A stretch of DNA of 64,000 bases. Origin: Amoebophrya sp. A120. Lineage: Eukaryota > Protista > Dinoflagellata. The stretch is taken from positions 11,458,733-11,522,732 of the forward strand of contig CAJINV010000003.1 in assembly GCA_905178155.1 (NCBI GenBank). The letters are read 5' to 3'. Below, piece by piece: positions 1-13,996 of the stretch (position 1 is its first letter; every line of letters starts with the position of its first letter). The position numbers were made by a program, and so were the translations under genes. The notes below the pieces were generated by a model. The model worked only from the letters and a program-made list of their open reading frames with translations, did not search any database and had not been told where the DNA came from.

Positions 1-129
1 GCGCACATGTTGCCGATGCAAGAAAAAGAAACATTTGCCATGCAGTCCTTTATGCCGAAAAAAGCCCGTTGCTCTTGGTCTTGCACTTGCTGCTGGCTGT
101 CCAGCATGACAAATTTTCTGGGAGAACTT

Positions 130-3100
130 TCACTTTGTCATGCTAGTGGTCCGCATAATTTTCACGTCCTCCATTTCGCATGGTAGATAGTTGCCTCTCT
201 TGCAGCGGATCAGCGCTACAGAGCAGCTTTTTCTTGTGACGCCAAAAAATAAAAAACAGCAAGAGCAATCATCTTCTTTTCTGCTACTAAAGAAGCAGAT
301 GCACTTTTCTGTAGAATACGTGTCCGCCTTCAGAAAGCAGCGGAGGCCGGTCGCCGTCTGCGGGTACAGAAGAAGTTTCCGGACCAGCTCCTCGTCTCGG
401 TCCAGAATTTCCTGGGCCATCGCGCTGTCGTCCGCGATGTCCACCCACTTCTGGTCAAACTGCTGGCCGTGTAGCTGCTCGGGGTTGTGGATCTTTCCAA
501 TCTGGCGCATCCGGTCATACAGCCTCGTCGTGTAGTTTAGGTCCCGCGCCTCCTTCCCCTTCAGGCTCGCGTAGTACCTCCGCGGGTCCCAAACCTGCTC
601 GGGCTTGGAAAGTCGAGCGTTTTTGGTGACCACCACCACGAACCCCATGCAGGAATAGTAGGCGTGACAGTAGAAGTCGCACTGCGCGACGGAGTGCACG
701 TGCACGTAGTGGCGGCTGCTGTAAACGAACTTGGACTCCGTCTGGTACATGGTAGCGAGCGCCGTGTCCTCTGTGATAATGTCCCGCAGGTGGACGCCCA
801 ATTTGTAGGTCAGAAACTCGGGCGGGTTCGGCGGGCCTTGGGCCTGGAGCTGCTCCTCCAGCCGCTCCAGTGTGGCGGCGTGCAGGGGCAGCCACTTGCG
901 AAACTCCTTGTGCCACGTGCCCGTTATCAGTCCGCGGTCCCACACGCGCAGCGGGTCGGTATCGAGCTTCCCGTCCGGGAGCAAAACCCCCAGCCCGGCA
1001 GCCCGAAACACGCGCTTCAACTCCGCGACGGTTTGCTGCAGTTTGCGTTCGTCGGTCAGCTGCAGCCGCTCCTCCTCGAAGGCGGGCCAGCGCTGCGGCA
1101 GGCCGACGCGTCGCAACATGGTGCGAAACTGAAACAGGTCGAACATAAAGGTCGAGTTGGTAATCGTGCGTCCTTCGGGGTAGAACACGTCCGGCTCGTA
1201 AATGGATTGCCGGAACCAGGGAGGCAAGATGGCCCCCTGGTGGCTGTGATGGCAGTCCAGCAAGTGTTGCTGCAGGTGGCCGGGCGAGGCAAGTTGCTGC
1301 GTCGTCATATTCACCGGCGCGGGAGTGTAGTCGGTGGCCATGACATCCGAGCCAAACGCTACATCGGCCAGCTTGGCGAGGTTCTTCTGGTGCGAGTCTG
1401 TCGTCCCAGCCTCGCCACCAGCGCTGTCGCTGTCCTGCCGATCCGGAGCTGCAGCCGAACGCATCACAAAGCCGAGGCGACAGTGGTGCGACAAATAACT
1501 GGTCACGTGCTGCGACCCCAGCGTGGTTTCCCACCACTTCGCGAACTTGCTCACCATGCCCCGCAAAATGAACTGGGCCACGTTCGTGCCCCATTTGAAC
1601 AGCAAAACGGCGTCTCCGCCATGTTTCAGCAGTGTGTCTTCGAGTAGAGGCAAAAAGTCCGAATCCTTGTAACGCTCGTCGTTCCACAAGTCGCGGAAAA
1701 ACAAAAAACGGTCTCGATCTACGTCTTCGCGAAACTTTGCGACAAAAAACTCGGAAGCAGCAGCGGCGGAGGAGCTGCTCCCATGATGCTGATTCGTCCC
1801 CACCATAGGATCGCTCTCTCGACGTGCTGCAGCTGCGGCTTTTTTACTGCTGGCTTCTAATACACCGGTCCTTGTGTCTTTATCTTTCTTTTCTGTTTCT
1901 TGCATCACAACTTGATGGGCGTGGACCTCTACCTCTTGTTCTGCTTTATTTGATGCGGAGGACGGCGCCGAGAGCATGTTTGCTGATGTTGACGAAGCGG
2001 ATTCATCATGACCTTCGCGCGCCGTCGTGCTGGAGGTAGTAGACCACCAGGAGCTGAACGCGCCGAGAAGACCACCGCTGTTGCCCTTACTTGGCGGCGC
2101 TTGCAGAAGAACTCCTGCTTCATCCCCTTCTCCAGCTGCGTCGGTGGACAACGAGGATGAATCGTGGCCTTGCGACACGGGGGCTGGTATTATGGATCCC
2201 GCTTCTGTGGGCCCTTGTTCACGACCTTGGGTGCCAGTCGTGTCCGCTCGCTTACTCACCTCGTCCAGAACGGCCTGCAACAGCCACGCATCTGGCTCGT
2301 TCAAATAGTCTATCTCCGTTTGCGAATGCGAAAGCGCAGCGTATCCATGGTGAGCTCCGACAAAATCATCTGGCGGTAGAACCGCGGCACGCCGAGGATC
2401 GCCAGAATTGCCGTCGGTTCTATCCCCCTCTCCGAGCTGTGGTGTCGAGCTGTGTCGTCCGCTGGCCGACGCTGTGCTTGTTTTCTCCACCTCGTCTTTC
2501 TTTTGCTTCTCGAAGCCGCCCCGGATCCCCCTGTCGTGAATTTTGTCGAGATGCAGCCATCTTTTTGCCTCAATCGGGGTGGTGCTGAGCGACACTCTTG
2601 GTTCCAGCTTCTCCTCGCGCAGAACTCGAGTGCGCGGAAAGAAAAAAGTATCGGGCCGCACCTTCATCACAAATTGATAAAAATTGTGAAAAAACTTGTC
2701 GAAGCTTCGAAGATGGGAAGGAGGTCTACTGGTGCTGTTTCCGGCGTCATACATGCGATCATCAGACGAGGTGCCATTCGTGCCTGCATTTCCGTCTATC
2801 TTTTTTTCCTGTCCATGTCTTGTTGCGGCGGTTGATGGATCTCCACTAGCTACCGAGTGGTCGCTCCTGTGTTCAAAGGGCGTCGTGCTGGCATCAACAA
2901 GAGCTTCTGTTCTCTTCCTCTGCTCCGCAAACTTTTTCTTGATGTGGTCTGCGCTAAAGTCCCAGCATCGCTTCCAGGAGTTCTGCTGGTAGTGGAAGCG
3001 GTAACCAACCTCGTCGAACATGGCCTGGCACTTCTCTGCGCTTAAGTAGCGATCCGGGCGACTCTTGCACATCCTTTGTTCGTCATGGGGGTAGGGGGTT

Positions 3101-3627
3101 TCCTCGTACAGATCGAGGTTGGTGATCGTTACTCGACCTGGTCGTCTGCTCTTTACGCCTCGCCTGTCGTAGTATGCTGCCCGAGCTGCAGCTGCTTGCT
3201 GCGACCAGCGATCACTATGGGGAGTAGGACCGCTTTCCTCATCTGCTGGAGGAGAGTGGTGAAAAAACTCGTTTACCATCTCTAAAATGTTCAAAAACGG
3301 GGCCAGCGTTTCCATGGCGGAATCTTCACTTACAGTCCTCAGCTTTTCCTTCGAAGTAGCTGCAGGAGTTTCAATGTTATCACTATCTCCAGTCGCAGGA
3401 GTACTGGAGGTGTTCAGCATCTTGGCGGTCTTGCTGTTGTCCGCCTGGTTCTGGTCACTTCGTTCGTACTCGGCGTGCCGCCCAAACTGCTTACCGAGCG
3501 GAATGTGGATGCTCAGGTCCAGGTCCACCCCATCCAACAGGTTTGGCAGCAGAATTTCGGACACAAAACTCTGCCATGTGTACTGGAGTGTGCGCAGAAT
3601 GCCAACGTAACAAAAAAGAACGCGCAT
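130..3627 (-). CDS. Large unknown protein with a glycosyltransferase-like N-terminal motif pair and a C-terminal PAN/apple-like Cys cluster
   Basis: 1165-aa ORF. Motifs RVLFCYVGILRT and FYQFVMKVRPD, plus HSVAQCDFYCHAYYSCMGFV. The 3' end probably continues through an intron. Confidence 0.5.
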   Translation of the reverse strand: MRVLFCYVGILRTLQYTWQSFVSEILLPNLLDGVDLDLSIHIPLGKQFGRHAEYERSDQNQADNSKTAKMLNTSSTPATGDSDNIETPAATSKEKLRTVSEDSAMETLAPFLNILEMVNEFFHHSPPADEESGPTPHSDRWSQQAAAARAAYYDRRGVKSRRPGRVTITNLDLYEETPYPHDEQRMCKSRPDRYLSAEKCQAMFDEVGYRFHYQQNSWKRCWDFSADHIKKKFAEQRKRTEALVDASTTPFEHRSDHSVASGDPSTAATRHGQEKKIDGNAGTNGTSSDDRMYDAGNSTSRPPSHLRSFDKFFHNFYQFVMKVRPDTFFFPRTRVLREEKLEPRVSLSTTPIEAKRWLHLDKIHDRGIRGGFEKQKKDEVEKTSTASASGRHSSTPQLGEGDRTDGNSGDPRRAAVLPPDDFVGAHHGYAALSHSQTEIDYLNEPDAWLLQAVLDEVSKRADTTGTQGREQGPTEAGSIIPAPVSQGHDSSSLSTDAAGEGDEAGVLLQAPPSKGNSGGLLGAFSSWWSTTSSTTAREGHDESASSTSANMLSAPSSASNKAEQEVEVHAHQVVMQETEKKDKDTRTGVLEASSKKAAAAARRESDPMVGTNQHHGSSSSAAAASEFFVAKFREDVDRDRFLFFRDLWNDERYKDSDFLPLLEDTLLKHGGDAVLLFKWGTNVAQFILRGMVSKFAKWWETTLGSQHVTSYLSHHCRLGFVMRSAAAPDRQDSDSAGGEAGTTDSHQKNLAKLADVAFGSDVMATDYTPAPVNMTTQQLASPGHLQQHLLDCHHSHQGAILPPWFRQSIYEPDVFYPEGRTITNSTFMFDLFQFRTMLRRVGLPQRWPAFEEERLQLTDERKLQQTVAELKRVFRAAGLGVLLPDGKLDTDPLRVWDRGLITGTWHKEFRKWLPLHAATLERLEEQLQAQGPPNPPEFLTYKLGVHLRDIITEDTALATMYQTESKFVYSSRHYVHVHSVAQCDFYCHAYYSCMGFVVVVTKNARLSKPEQVWDPRRYYASLKGKEARDLNYTTRLYDRMRQIGKIHNPEQLHGQQFDQKWVDIADDSAMAQEILDRDEELVRKLLLYPQTATGLRCFLKADTYSTEKCICFFSSRKEDDCSCCFLFFGVTRKSCSVALIRCKRGNYLPCEMEDVKIMRTTSMTK

Positions 3628-4221
3628 CTATTTGTTTAGTCCTGTGTCTACTACTTACTTTCGATTTAGACACACTTCGAGGGAGTTCCAAGTTCGACTG
3701 TGTTAAAAATACACACGCGACGCTGTTGTTCGAGCCAAAATTATGGCTGCGGAATTTATTATGCAACACGATATATAAAAACGATATGGAAGCGGATCTC
3801 AAGGCTTCAGAAGGACCATTGCCAGCCTTGCAAGGGGCTTCTGTCCGATCATCATACTCGCCCTTCTTCGTTCCGAACGGTACATATTCGTGGCGGCAAG
3901 GGCAACTCGCAGCGTAGTTATGAAACATCACAGTGCGCAACGATCGAAGTGTGCAACAAGCATGCGGCCGCTAGAACTCAGCGGCACAGCAACCCTTTTC
4001 ACCTCAATTCGTAAACTCGGAGAGGGAAATGCCCGCCCCTTTCCGAAATTCGAGTTTCGGAGAGCGCTCCTGGCTATGTGGGTGGGAAAATCGATTCCAA
4101 TACAGGTAGATTTTTGCTTCTGTTTTGTGGGAATTGTAATTGTTCCCGGTGGACAGGAACGGTTCATAATAAGGATAGGAGCTAAAAAAAATTGAGTCTT
4201 CGTTGAAAGCGGCAAGTCCTG

Positions 4222-7200
4222 TCAACAGTACTTGCGGTAGAGCCTCCGATGCTCCTGCTCCTTGTTATCAGGGATAAAATAGAAAATTGGTGGCATTTCG
4301 TCATCGAAATACGCTCGCTTTACAAAAATGAAGCCGAACCCCAGCCGAAGCAGGTGCTCAAACTGATTGCAGTAGAGCACCACAGCGAGAAAAATCATGC
4401 CACAGCTCAGCCCGGAGAAAAGGATCAGGGAGATGAGTTTGTCGTCGAAAAACATCCAGTATCGAGTTTTTTCCATGAACGAAGCAATGTTCTCTACGTT
4501 TTGCGAAAACTTGTGCAAGCCAAACACAATTTCCCGCATTTTCACGAAGATGCTTGACGTTTCTTCGTCGGCCGCTGCCAGTTGCTGCACTTTGGAGGTG
4601 GCGGCTTTAGGTGGGCCCGCTTTGTTCAAACTGCCGGGGCGCCGCCTCACCTTCGTGCGCTGCTGTCTCTCACGACCGATGCAGCCTGCTCCCGCCGCGC
4701 TGGACTCGATGTCGCCATCGGCCGAATATTCTTGCAGTTCCAGCTCCTGCTGTTCCTGCTCCTATCAGCTGAAAATAAATCTGTCTGGTGTTCTGAGCGT
4801 AGATTGCGCGTTTTTGTCATTCCAAACTGGATCAGATTTTGAACAGCCCTCTTGAATGATGCCTGTCCCCCACAAGAAACGCCCTACCTGTACAGCAGAA
4901 AATAGAAACCTTTTGGCGGTCAACCATGCAACACAAGTCTTTGGTTTGCGTACTCCAGGATCTGCATCGCAAGTTTGCATGCTTCCATCCAGAGCAGGAG
5001 CAGGACCCAGACATATTATACTTGCATTCGATATCTCCAAATCCGCTACAACTCTGGCCACTAGCTCCTGCTCGTGCAGATAAACCTTCGCCCGCTGCTG
5101 CCGGCCGTTTTTGTAGCCCTCGCGCAGGCAGGCGGCGAGGAAGACAAGCGGAAAAGACCAACTCGGGAACGCAAAGGTGACGTAGGCCCCCACAAGGTTC
5201 CCAAAACTGCTCTGCGGCAGGCTCGGCCAATCCGCGACCACTTGGCCGATGCGCTCGAAGCCCACCACGATGCGTTTGCCCGAAGCTTCAATATCGTACT
5301 TCTGCCTATCGAGCACGTTCTTCTGCCGTGGCGGTTTTTCCCGCGAATGCTGCGTCGTTCCAGCACTAGCACCAGCAGCACCCGTCGCAGCCTCGTGGAG
5401 CTTCAAAAACGCCGTCCACTGTGGTAGAAATACTCGATATTCGAACCTCAATTTCTGCAGGTGATCCCCAAAAGCCAGGAGGCGCTGCTCGTCCCCGGTG
5501 ATGGAAGGCACGTGCTTCAACGTCGTTGTGCCTGCAGTGCGGGGCGACGTGCGTGGTCCTTTTCCTTTTGGTCCCACAGCAACCTCCACCGTGGGGCTCA
5601 TCACGACAGGCTGCTCGAGTGGTGATTGGAAGAAAAGCTGCTGCTGCTCTGTCGCCGATGCGATTTTTGCTGGCGGGAACAAACTCCGCACTAGCGCTGG
5701 CAAGTGCTGGTCCAGGGCGCTGGTCACAAGACTACTAGTTTCCTCCACGGCCTGGGATTGGCTTGCTCCACCGGTCGGATCTTCCGAGCCGAAACTAGTT
5801 TTTTGTTCAGTCGAAATTGCTTTTGCCGTTGCGTTCTTCCTGTTGCTGGTTCCGGCTGTTTCGCTCCTCGATTTTGCCGCTGCTTCATTTTCTTTTTTCT
5901 TTCCTTCTCTCGTCGACGAATTTTTTATTCGTCGTCTCAAGCCGTCGAAAAAAGAATTCGAGTGCTCATTGTGGACGACTTCAGCTCTTCCGGCACAACC
6001 GGATGTGGTTTCCGTACTTCCGACGTAGTTGCTGGAGGTGATAAATTGGTTCCTTTGCGATTGCGTAGAACGCTCGTTGCTGGCAACCTTCAACAAATTG
6101 AGGAGCAAATCCTGGTGAATGCGGAAAGTTGCCTCCTCGCCTCGGCGACACAGCACGCGGTTCCTTGCTCCGTCTACTTCGCCCACGGTGTCCCCGTCTG
6201 GATCGGCGAAAACCCCACCCAGCCGGGTCGTGTCCACTCCGTGCAAAAGTCCTCGACGGCTTGGCTGACAGGCTGACGCTGCTTGTGCTTGCACCGCCTC
6301 CTGTCGCGGCCCAGTTTCGTCGTCTGTTCTGGCACCCTGCTTCGGCGAGGGTCCTCGGCTGCTTTCCAGCAACTCCGACGTCTTGCTTAATGAGTGGCCA
6401 CTGAAGATGTAGTTGTTTCCTGCAGGATACAGAAACTCTTCCTCCCCGGCCACCAAAGAACTCGCTCCACCCTTGTTCGTCCCGAAGGGCTGGCTCATCT
6501 GCCGGCAGTCGCGAAAGGTCGTGCTCGTCCCTGCCGGCAGTCGCAGCGCCGCAATATCGTCTTCTCGGGACTGCGACCGCTGGAGCACCTGCAGGCTTTC
6601 CCGCCGCACGTCGTGTTCTCGGCGTGTTACCAAATCTTCCGTCGTGTGGCTGCCGCTAGTAGAAAACTGCCGCTCGACAGACTCCACTGCGCGCAAACCA
6701 AGGAAGGAATGGCTCTCGTCGAGGCTGTGTTGCAGATTCGACGATGAACTCTGTGCGATCACAACCTGCGTGCTCGGAAATCGTAACGTTGCCAACCCGT
6801 GGGCGGACGGCGTTCGATCACGCACCGCTCCCTGGTTCATCTCTCGCTCCTGATCGACAGTGGTGCGCAGTTTGAACTGTTTCTTCTTTTTTGCGTCCTC
6901 TGCTGGAGTCTTGTCATCTGTCCACCTGTCCTCCCCATCCGGCTGCGGGTAATTTGGCGCTTCTTCACTACCTTCTCCCACCTCCTCCGTGGCCACTTCT
7001 TCTTGTGCAACTAGCCTCTGACTGCCTGCGTTCTGCGCGAGTTTTTGCTTCAGCATCTCGCCGGCGCCCTTGAAAAACTCATTGGTTGTAAGCTTCAAAT
7101 TCTCCAGGAGATTTTTGTTTAATATCTTCCGCGGCCCGTCCTCAACACCATCCGGCGTTGTACTTCTAGGCGAAAGAGGGCCGGGCAATTCTTGTTGTCC

Positions 7201-10200
7201 TGGTAGGGGAGCACTGATGTTACTATCCTCGTCCACCTCCTCGAGCTCGTAGCCAGCCAGGCTGGACTTGGAACCCACGCTATCCGGCCAAACTTGATCC
7301 CGAAACTGGTCTAAGGCGGTGTTGGAGATCTCGCGGCTCAGCTGCAAGGCCGACGGCTTGCTTGCCAGATCCTGTAGGTTTTCTCCGACGGTGTGGAAAT
7401 GTGCGTGCTCGTACAGTGCCTTCGTAGACTGCAAGTCGAGCAGCCGCTCCGAGTGGTGCAGCTCCTCCTGTATACTATCCTCGTCAACATCTTCACAACT
7501 TGCTTTCTTGCCATGATCTACTTCCCGGGCAGAAGTGCTGTTCTGTCTTCTTTTCTGATCCTCATCACGCTGTTCTCCTGCATAATTCTTCTTGATCGGC
7601 TCTCCTTTGGGCACAACGGCCGAGGACAACGACGCACTTTCAATCTTCGACCCGCCTACTTTCGAGCTCGACAATAGTGCTCTGCTCTCTTCGCTTTCCA
7701 CATCTACTTCCACCAGAAACTTGTTCTTATCGTCAGCCTCTTTGTCATTTACGCCCTCGCGGCCGCCCAAGTTTGCCAAGTGGTCGCGCTCCTGCGCCTC
7801 ACGAGCAGCCGGGTCCGTAGTTAATACCGGCTGCGCCATTAACGAGTCGTCGTTGTTTGCGCTTGTTCCGGATGGAAAAAATCCCCGCATTTTTGTTCCA
7901 CCGTCCGGATGAACTTCGGCACCGGCAGTGAAGACCGCTTCAGGCGAAATAAGAGCGGGCGCATCGCTCGCCTTTGTTGAGGAGTTCTTGTGCAGCAGCT
8001 TCGGAGCCACCAACTCCGCTACGGCTTCCACGGCGTCTAGGACGTCGCTTCCCTGCTGCATGTACATCTTTCCGGTCGTCGCTATCTGCAGGGGGCTGCA
8101 CCGCAGCGACACCGTGAAATCCACTACGAGGTGGCCAAGCACCGTTGTCACCGCAGGTTCGGCCGCGGGTTTCGCAGCGGACCTACCAAACAGGGTTTCC
8201 AAAAAGTTGGCAGGCTTCATTCGCGGCGCGTTCATCTTGTTCCCTCCGGAGGATGATTCGTAGTCTGCTGGCTGCACAACTGCTCCTGTTGCGGATCGTT
8301 GCTCGACCTCTCCTTCCGGCGGATCATCCATTTTTGCAGCGCGACGTCCAGTCATCACTCTGGGACTTCTCCTCCCACTGCGTCCATCTATGGTCGTGCC
8401 ACCCTCGTTCCCCGGACCTATCGCCGGCGCCCCTGGAGGCCCACCCCTTCGAGAACCCTGGGGCATTTCCCTTTCCGCGCGCGACGAGACGACGGCCCGC
8501 AGCTTTTTGCGTGCGTCCCGGCTGAGATCCTGCTCCCGCACCGGTACGAGCTTCGAGGGAAACCGCGCGTCCTCGATTTTCAGCAGGGACGCCGGCAGGA
8601 TGCGGAAGATTTTGTCCTCCACAAAGAAATCCCGCCGAAAAAAAGTATGCTGCACGATGTGCCGCGTCTTCTGATACACGACGCTCTCTCGGAAGGAGTA
8701 CAGCTTTCGCGCATAGTAGCAACCCCGCGCATAGCAGTAGACGCAGAAAAAGTACCACGCCCACAGCTTGCAGTACAATAGCACTCGGCGGAAAAGACGC
8801 AACTGCCTTCCGAACTTCTCCAAGAATGCGGGGGAGCACAACCACTTTAATATTTTTCGTATAGTAGTTTCCGCAGCAACCGACGTCGGTCGTTCTACTG
8901 CGGCAGTAGGAACAAGCGAGGTGAGGCTCTGGTCTGCTCCTGAGACGGCCCGCCCAGGGCTGCCTGTTGTACTTTGTCTTTCCGGGAACTCCACCTCGTC
9001 GTCGAGAAAGAAATGAAACCCCTTGCGCGCCGAAGAAGCTGCAACAACAGCCTCTACTCCTGTGCTCACGGGGCGGGCGGCGCTTCTTTCTATCAGCTCC
9101 TGCGGGGGTTCCAGTCCGGTCAGAAAGTCGCGCCAACGCAGCGGGGGCAGGGCATTCCCTCGCGCATCCATCTTGACGCGGGCAGAAGCAGCTCCCGACG
9201 AGGAAACCAACTTGGGTTTCGCCTTCTCTACTACAGACGAAGCCGGCTCCTTCTCACCTGAAAACATATCTGACTCGACGGGCGGGAAGTGCTGGCGGTG
9301 CTGAACCAAACCTTCCGAACCGTCCCGCTTTATTTCCTCGTTCTGGTCCTCGGAAGCCAGTTCGCGATCCGCAGCGCCGGAGCTGGTGGCACTACTTGAA
9401 GTAGAGCTGCTAGTACTCGTCGTATCCAAGAGTTCATAGTCGGAGAAGAGCTCGGAAAGCGGAATGACACAGTAACCGATAACGGCGGCTTCCTCGAAGC
9501 CAGCGCGCCACCGCTTACACACACCATCGTAGAGCTTAAACACAATGTCCGTCGTGAAAAGATTGAGGTTCTGGGGCAGGAGGAGCCACGCTTCCAAGTC
9601 CGGATCCGCTTGCCGGACCGGCTTCGTGCTGTTACTCGCTTCGTGGCCCCCATGGATGCGGACCGACACCAGCTCCGTCTCCTCGTGCCATAGGTATGCA
9701 CTGCCGAACATTGATGAGTCTAGATCTGGAGTGAAGCTGCAACTTGTCATACTGAGTCTCGGTCACAGAAATGAAATTGTATCTGTGCCGCAGCAGGAAC
9801 AGCGCCAAAAAAGTTGCCACTATGTAGGTATGCTTCATCTGCGCGCAACATTGCAACATTGCAGACCATCTGCGTCGTGGTCCACAGGATGCATGGCAAA
9901 CGCGCGCATTCTTCCAGACCCACCAGACACATTTGCAATTGATAACAGGCTGACGTCGCTGACAAGCTCGGAAAACTGCAGCCCCTGCACCGTAGCGCCG
10001 TCCTTTAACTTCACCCGGAGTACCCCAAAGCGATTCTTCAGCAGATTGGCCTTGGCCCCCTCCGGGCCGAGCCTAGAAAGCGCCGCAAAACTACTCCGTT
10101 CATTGTCGGAGGAATCTTCGGAAGCGAAGCCGGGCGGTAAGGAGGACGCATCGTGCTTCATGTGGCTTTCGCCCTGCGTGGTGCCCGGTCCTCTCAAGTG

Positions 10201-10536
10201 CGGCCCGGGGAAGCGGCTGGCACCCCGGTCCTGCTCGTGGCTTGTACCTCCGACGGAGGCATTGTAGTAGTGCTGCCCACCAGCAGTGCCACCTTCCCTT
10301 CCTTGTCTCGAGCTGCTGCTGCTGCTGCTCGTGCGCGACGGCGAGTCTTCAAACAGAGCCTCGAGAATCTTCTGCTTCATGTTCTCCTCCGTTTTCTTCA
10401 GGTCCTCCAGCGGTTTATCCACCATTTTCTGCTTCACTTGCCGAAAATCGGCAAGCATTTTGTTCACAAAGAGATCCATCTTGATCAGACTTGTCTGAGC
10501 CGTCTGACAAACGATGATAATAGATGTGATGAACAA
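4222..10536 (-). CDS. C2-domain membrane protein with MCTP/PRT_C-like C-terminus (multi-exon, joins approximate)
   Basis: Collinear ORFs 9835-10536, 4765-9750 and 4222-4650. C2-like strands GVLRVKLKD and DIVFKLYDG...VIGYCVIPLSEL. C-terminal QNVENIASFMEK..W.FFDD followed by a hydrophobic hairpin resembles PRT_C. Confidence 0.45.
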
Positions 10537-11434
10537 TTACTCTTTTAGTACATGGACTACCTCCAGGAAGGCCAACCGGTGTTTGCGGGATGAATCATGC
10601 GTCTGTGAAGATGTGATGCGAATTTATTGTCATCTTCGGCTTCTATATGAACGACCGAACCCGCAGTCGTACTCCCCTTCCAAAAGTGGCCAGAGGAGTG
10701 TCCCATCACGTCCACTTCACCCTCCGATTGCAATCAAGAAAGCAGCTGCGTCATGTTGCAGTTCCTGTGCTATCTATGAAATGCGACTACGCTGCCGATG
10801 TCACCAGGGCCTACCTACTTAACCGGGGGTACTGAAACCTTCGTGAGTTGTGTACTGGGAGACCTCCTTCTTGAGTTGTGTAATGGGGTTCCGATTCTTT
10901 TTCTACTTGCGGGCGTCTTTCAATAAGAAAAAAAATACGTCGTGCAGCACTACACTCCAAAAAAACGTCGTGGTATCTCGCGCAAAGTTTTGCAAGCAAG
11001 AACGGATGAAGAAAGATCCAGTAGCCAGCTACAGCAAGAACGAAGTAGTTTTTCCTGCAAGATCAAAAAAATCACAAGACATGCGATCTGAGAAAAAGAA
11101 AAAATACCATTTGCTTTTTTCCTAGGTAGAAACAATCACGAGATATCTCCGATCAGGAATAAATCTGATCCTTCTCCTTGGTTTGATGGTCCCTCGTCCT
11201 CGTTGATAGAAGCTCTGAGGGCTCGACAAAGCTTTGCCTTTGACTTTTTTCTTTTTGGTGCCTCAAAAAACAAGGACCGGCTTCTCAGAGCCCACGGCGT
11301 GGAGCCAACTGGGTTGTCCATGTCCCACCGACAGTTGCATTCTGTGAAAGCAAAACAGGACTACACTTCCAATTAAGCGTACCGAAGAACGAGGATGCCA
11401 ATAGCAGCGCCCGTCGCCTAGCTCGACGTATAAT

Positions 11435-13996
11435 CTAGTCGCAAAGAAATAATTGCGACAGCTGACTTTGCATCACTTCTTGCGACATCTTCTGCGTAAG
11501 TATTTTTCCATTATCTACTGTAGCTGGTGCTGCAGCAGTAGACACTGCAACAAAACCCTGCGAATTTTCTGTGTGGAGCAAGCCAGCCAGAGTGATGTTG
11601 CCGCGGTAAATTGACATACTGTCTGTTGCCTGCGTGATGTTAGAGCTTCCTCACTGTACCCATCAGCAGACCCATCTATATTCACTTGTGATGCACACAA
11701 TCTCAAGCTTTTGACTCTTGTAAGTTCTCGCGCCACGGATCGCGCATTCCCGGTGCCCAGGGACTTATCATTGCAAACTGCTGCTTCGCCCAATCAAATT
11801 TGTGACGGCGGTGTATAAAGTACTGAGCACGTACGTCACAGCAGGCAAAGGACAAAGGCAACACAGCCTTCCGAAACTGCTACTTTCTAGCACAACATAC
11901 AATGCACTCAGTGATTGAGGAGCGCACTGCGCCGCTAGCAGGACCCAAGAGCGAGCCACGAAATTGCATCATTACCATCTTCCACAAGCGACACCAGTAC
12001 TTGGTGTGGCGATCCAAGAAATCATAGAGAACACTACTCACCGCCGCCACCTCTACTGCATGCATCGATCTACTGTTTGTAGTACCAGTATATTCGTCCA
12101 AATGCGTTTGGGTGAAGAAAAGAACTTTTCTTCGGATAGGGTCGGGCTTCGATGCGGCGATTCCTAGTAAAGGCACATGCATCGCCTCGCGCACAGGTAC
12201 ACTCCACGCGTCTCCCCCGCTGGCGGCCGGCGGCGCAGCAAAAGTCATAGGCAAGCGGCCCGACTCTTCGTAGCTGGCGCGACCAAAAGGGTTCTGACCG
12301 CGGCCATCTGTCCGGCGAGAGATCGAATCATCGAAGGCACCACCGTTCGCCCCAACGATGCCTTTTCCGTCTAGCGTCCGCGAGGCGCCTTCTCCAAGGT
12401 TGGTGATGGTGGCAGCTTCTCCAGCTGACATTGCTCGCCTCCGCCGGCGCCGAATCTCGGGGCTCAGATTCGCGGAGGAATGGCACTGAAGTTGCCACGC
12501 ATCAGTGCGGAAAGATGAAGAGCCGCTATCTTCAAATACCCCGCGCAAAAACGTACCCACCCCATACTCAAGATGGACGAGATGAATCTGCTTCTGCTAC
12601 ACAAACCAAGCAAAATTGGGAGTCTGGCACGCACCTACTTTGTCAGCGCGACCGCATGAGTAGAGACCTATTGATTCGCTTATCCTGATGAAAAAATCGA
12701 AGAACTTCTTCCCAAACTCCACGACAGGAAACATCGCGCATGGGAACCGCCACATCATAAAATGTCCACCGCATTATATTTGCCCGATTCGCAGGGCACG
12801 TCTGTGGGATGGGTAGTAAACTAAGTACGTTTTTGGTCAGGATATCAAGGACGCGAGGGCTCATTTTTTCCTGCAAATCCTGTGTGGCAGTGTGCGGAAG
12901 TGACGACCTCGGCTCCCGGTCTCGTGCTCTTGCAAGACAGTCCACCTTATCCACTGCAAATATGTCCGAGCCTGGTGCTGAATTATAGTAGTAAAACTTG
13001 CCATGCTTGGCTTGCAGTCCTGCAAAATCTGTCGTGTCGATGAGCAACAAAAACGCAGCTTGTAATTCCAGTTTCATCGCGTGCTAGGCTTCACAAAGCG
13101 CTATAGAAACTTGTCCCATGCTTGGCTGCAGCACTCGCAGCTGATTTTCCACCTGTCATCATTCATCAACCGTTATGTCGCATTATCGGTTCCTAGACCT
13201 CCCAGACCAGCGACATATTTTGCAATGGATACTCGTTCCGCTGGAGCTGCTGGCGGACTTTGTGTGCCAACTGAGTGACTCCCTCCGACACGATGCCACT
13301 CCCCGCATCTCCGATGCCGAAATTTGTCGGCGAGAAGGACTCCACAGCTGTCGTCCCGAATCCCTGCACAAACGGCAGACGAGCACCATGGCGGTTCTTG
13401 CTGTCGGTTCCCGTAGAACCAGAGTGACGGCCCAACGCCGCATCCAAGTTGTGCACAGCATGCGGAGAGATGCTGGATGGCGGAGGTGGATGCTGGTAGA
13501 ATTGCGGGTGCAGTGCGACCCCAGGTGCCAGCTGCGGAGAAAAACCAGCACTAGCAGGGTCGTACATCAAATTTTGTCCGCTCCGCACCGGCGCTGAGTG
13601 ATGTAAGAAGTTGGACATCACAAATAGACCGCTTGCACCCGCCGTACTACCTGGTGGACCTGGTACGTAGGCTGCTGCTCTTCCATGATGCGCGAGGGTC
13701 TCAGTGCTGAAGAGCTGCGTGGGTCCTCCTCCCACGGGCATGGGTCCTCCCAGTGGAAAAGAACGACCCGGAGGAACAGTGGCGGGGTCTGGCACAAAGT
13801 AGAAGTTTGTACCAAAACCGCAACTGCCGCTGGGAAGATGTTGCGGAGCACGCGACTGCACCGGACCTGCCCCGGGAAACGTTGCTGGTCGAGACGAGGC
13901 ACTACCGGTGTAATCTACCTGGTGTTGATGATCTTGATCATTTTCTCCGCTATGATTTGCCATATCATTTTTGAAAACTCCATTTTCAGTAGGCAA
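11435..13996 (-). CDS. Unknown multi-exon protein(s)
   Basis: Chain of minus-strand ORFs 13193-13996, 12643-13077, 11880-12560 and smaller ones. No family recognised and joins not resolved. Confidence 0.3.
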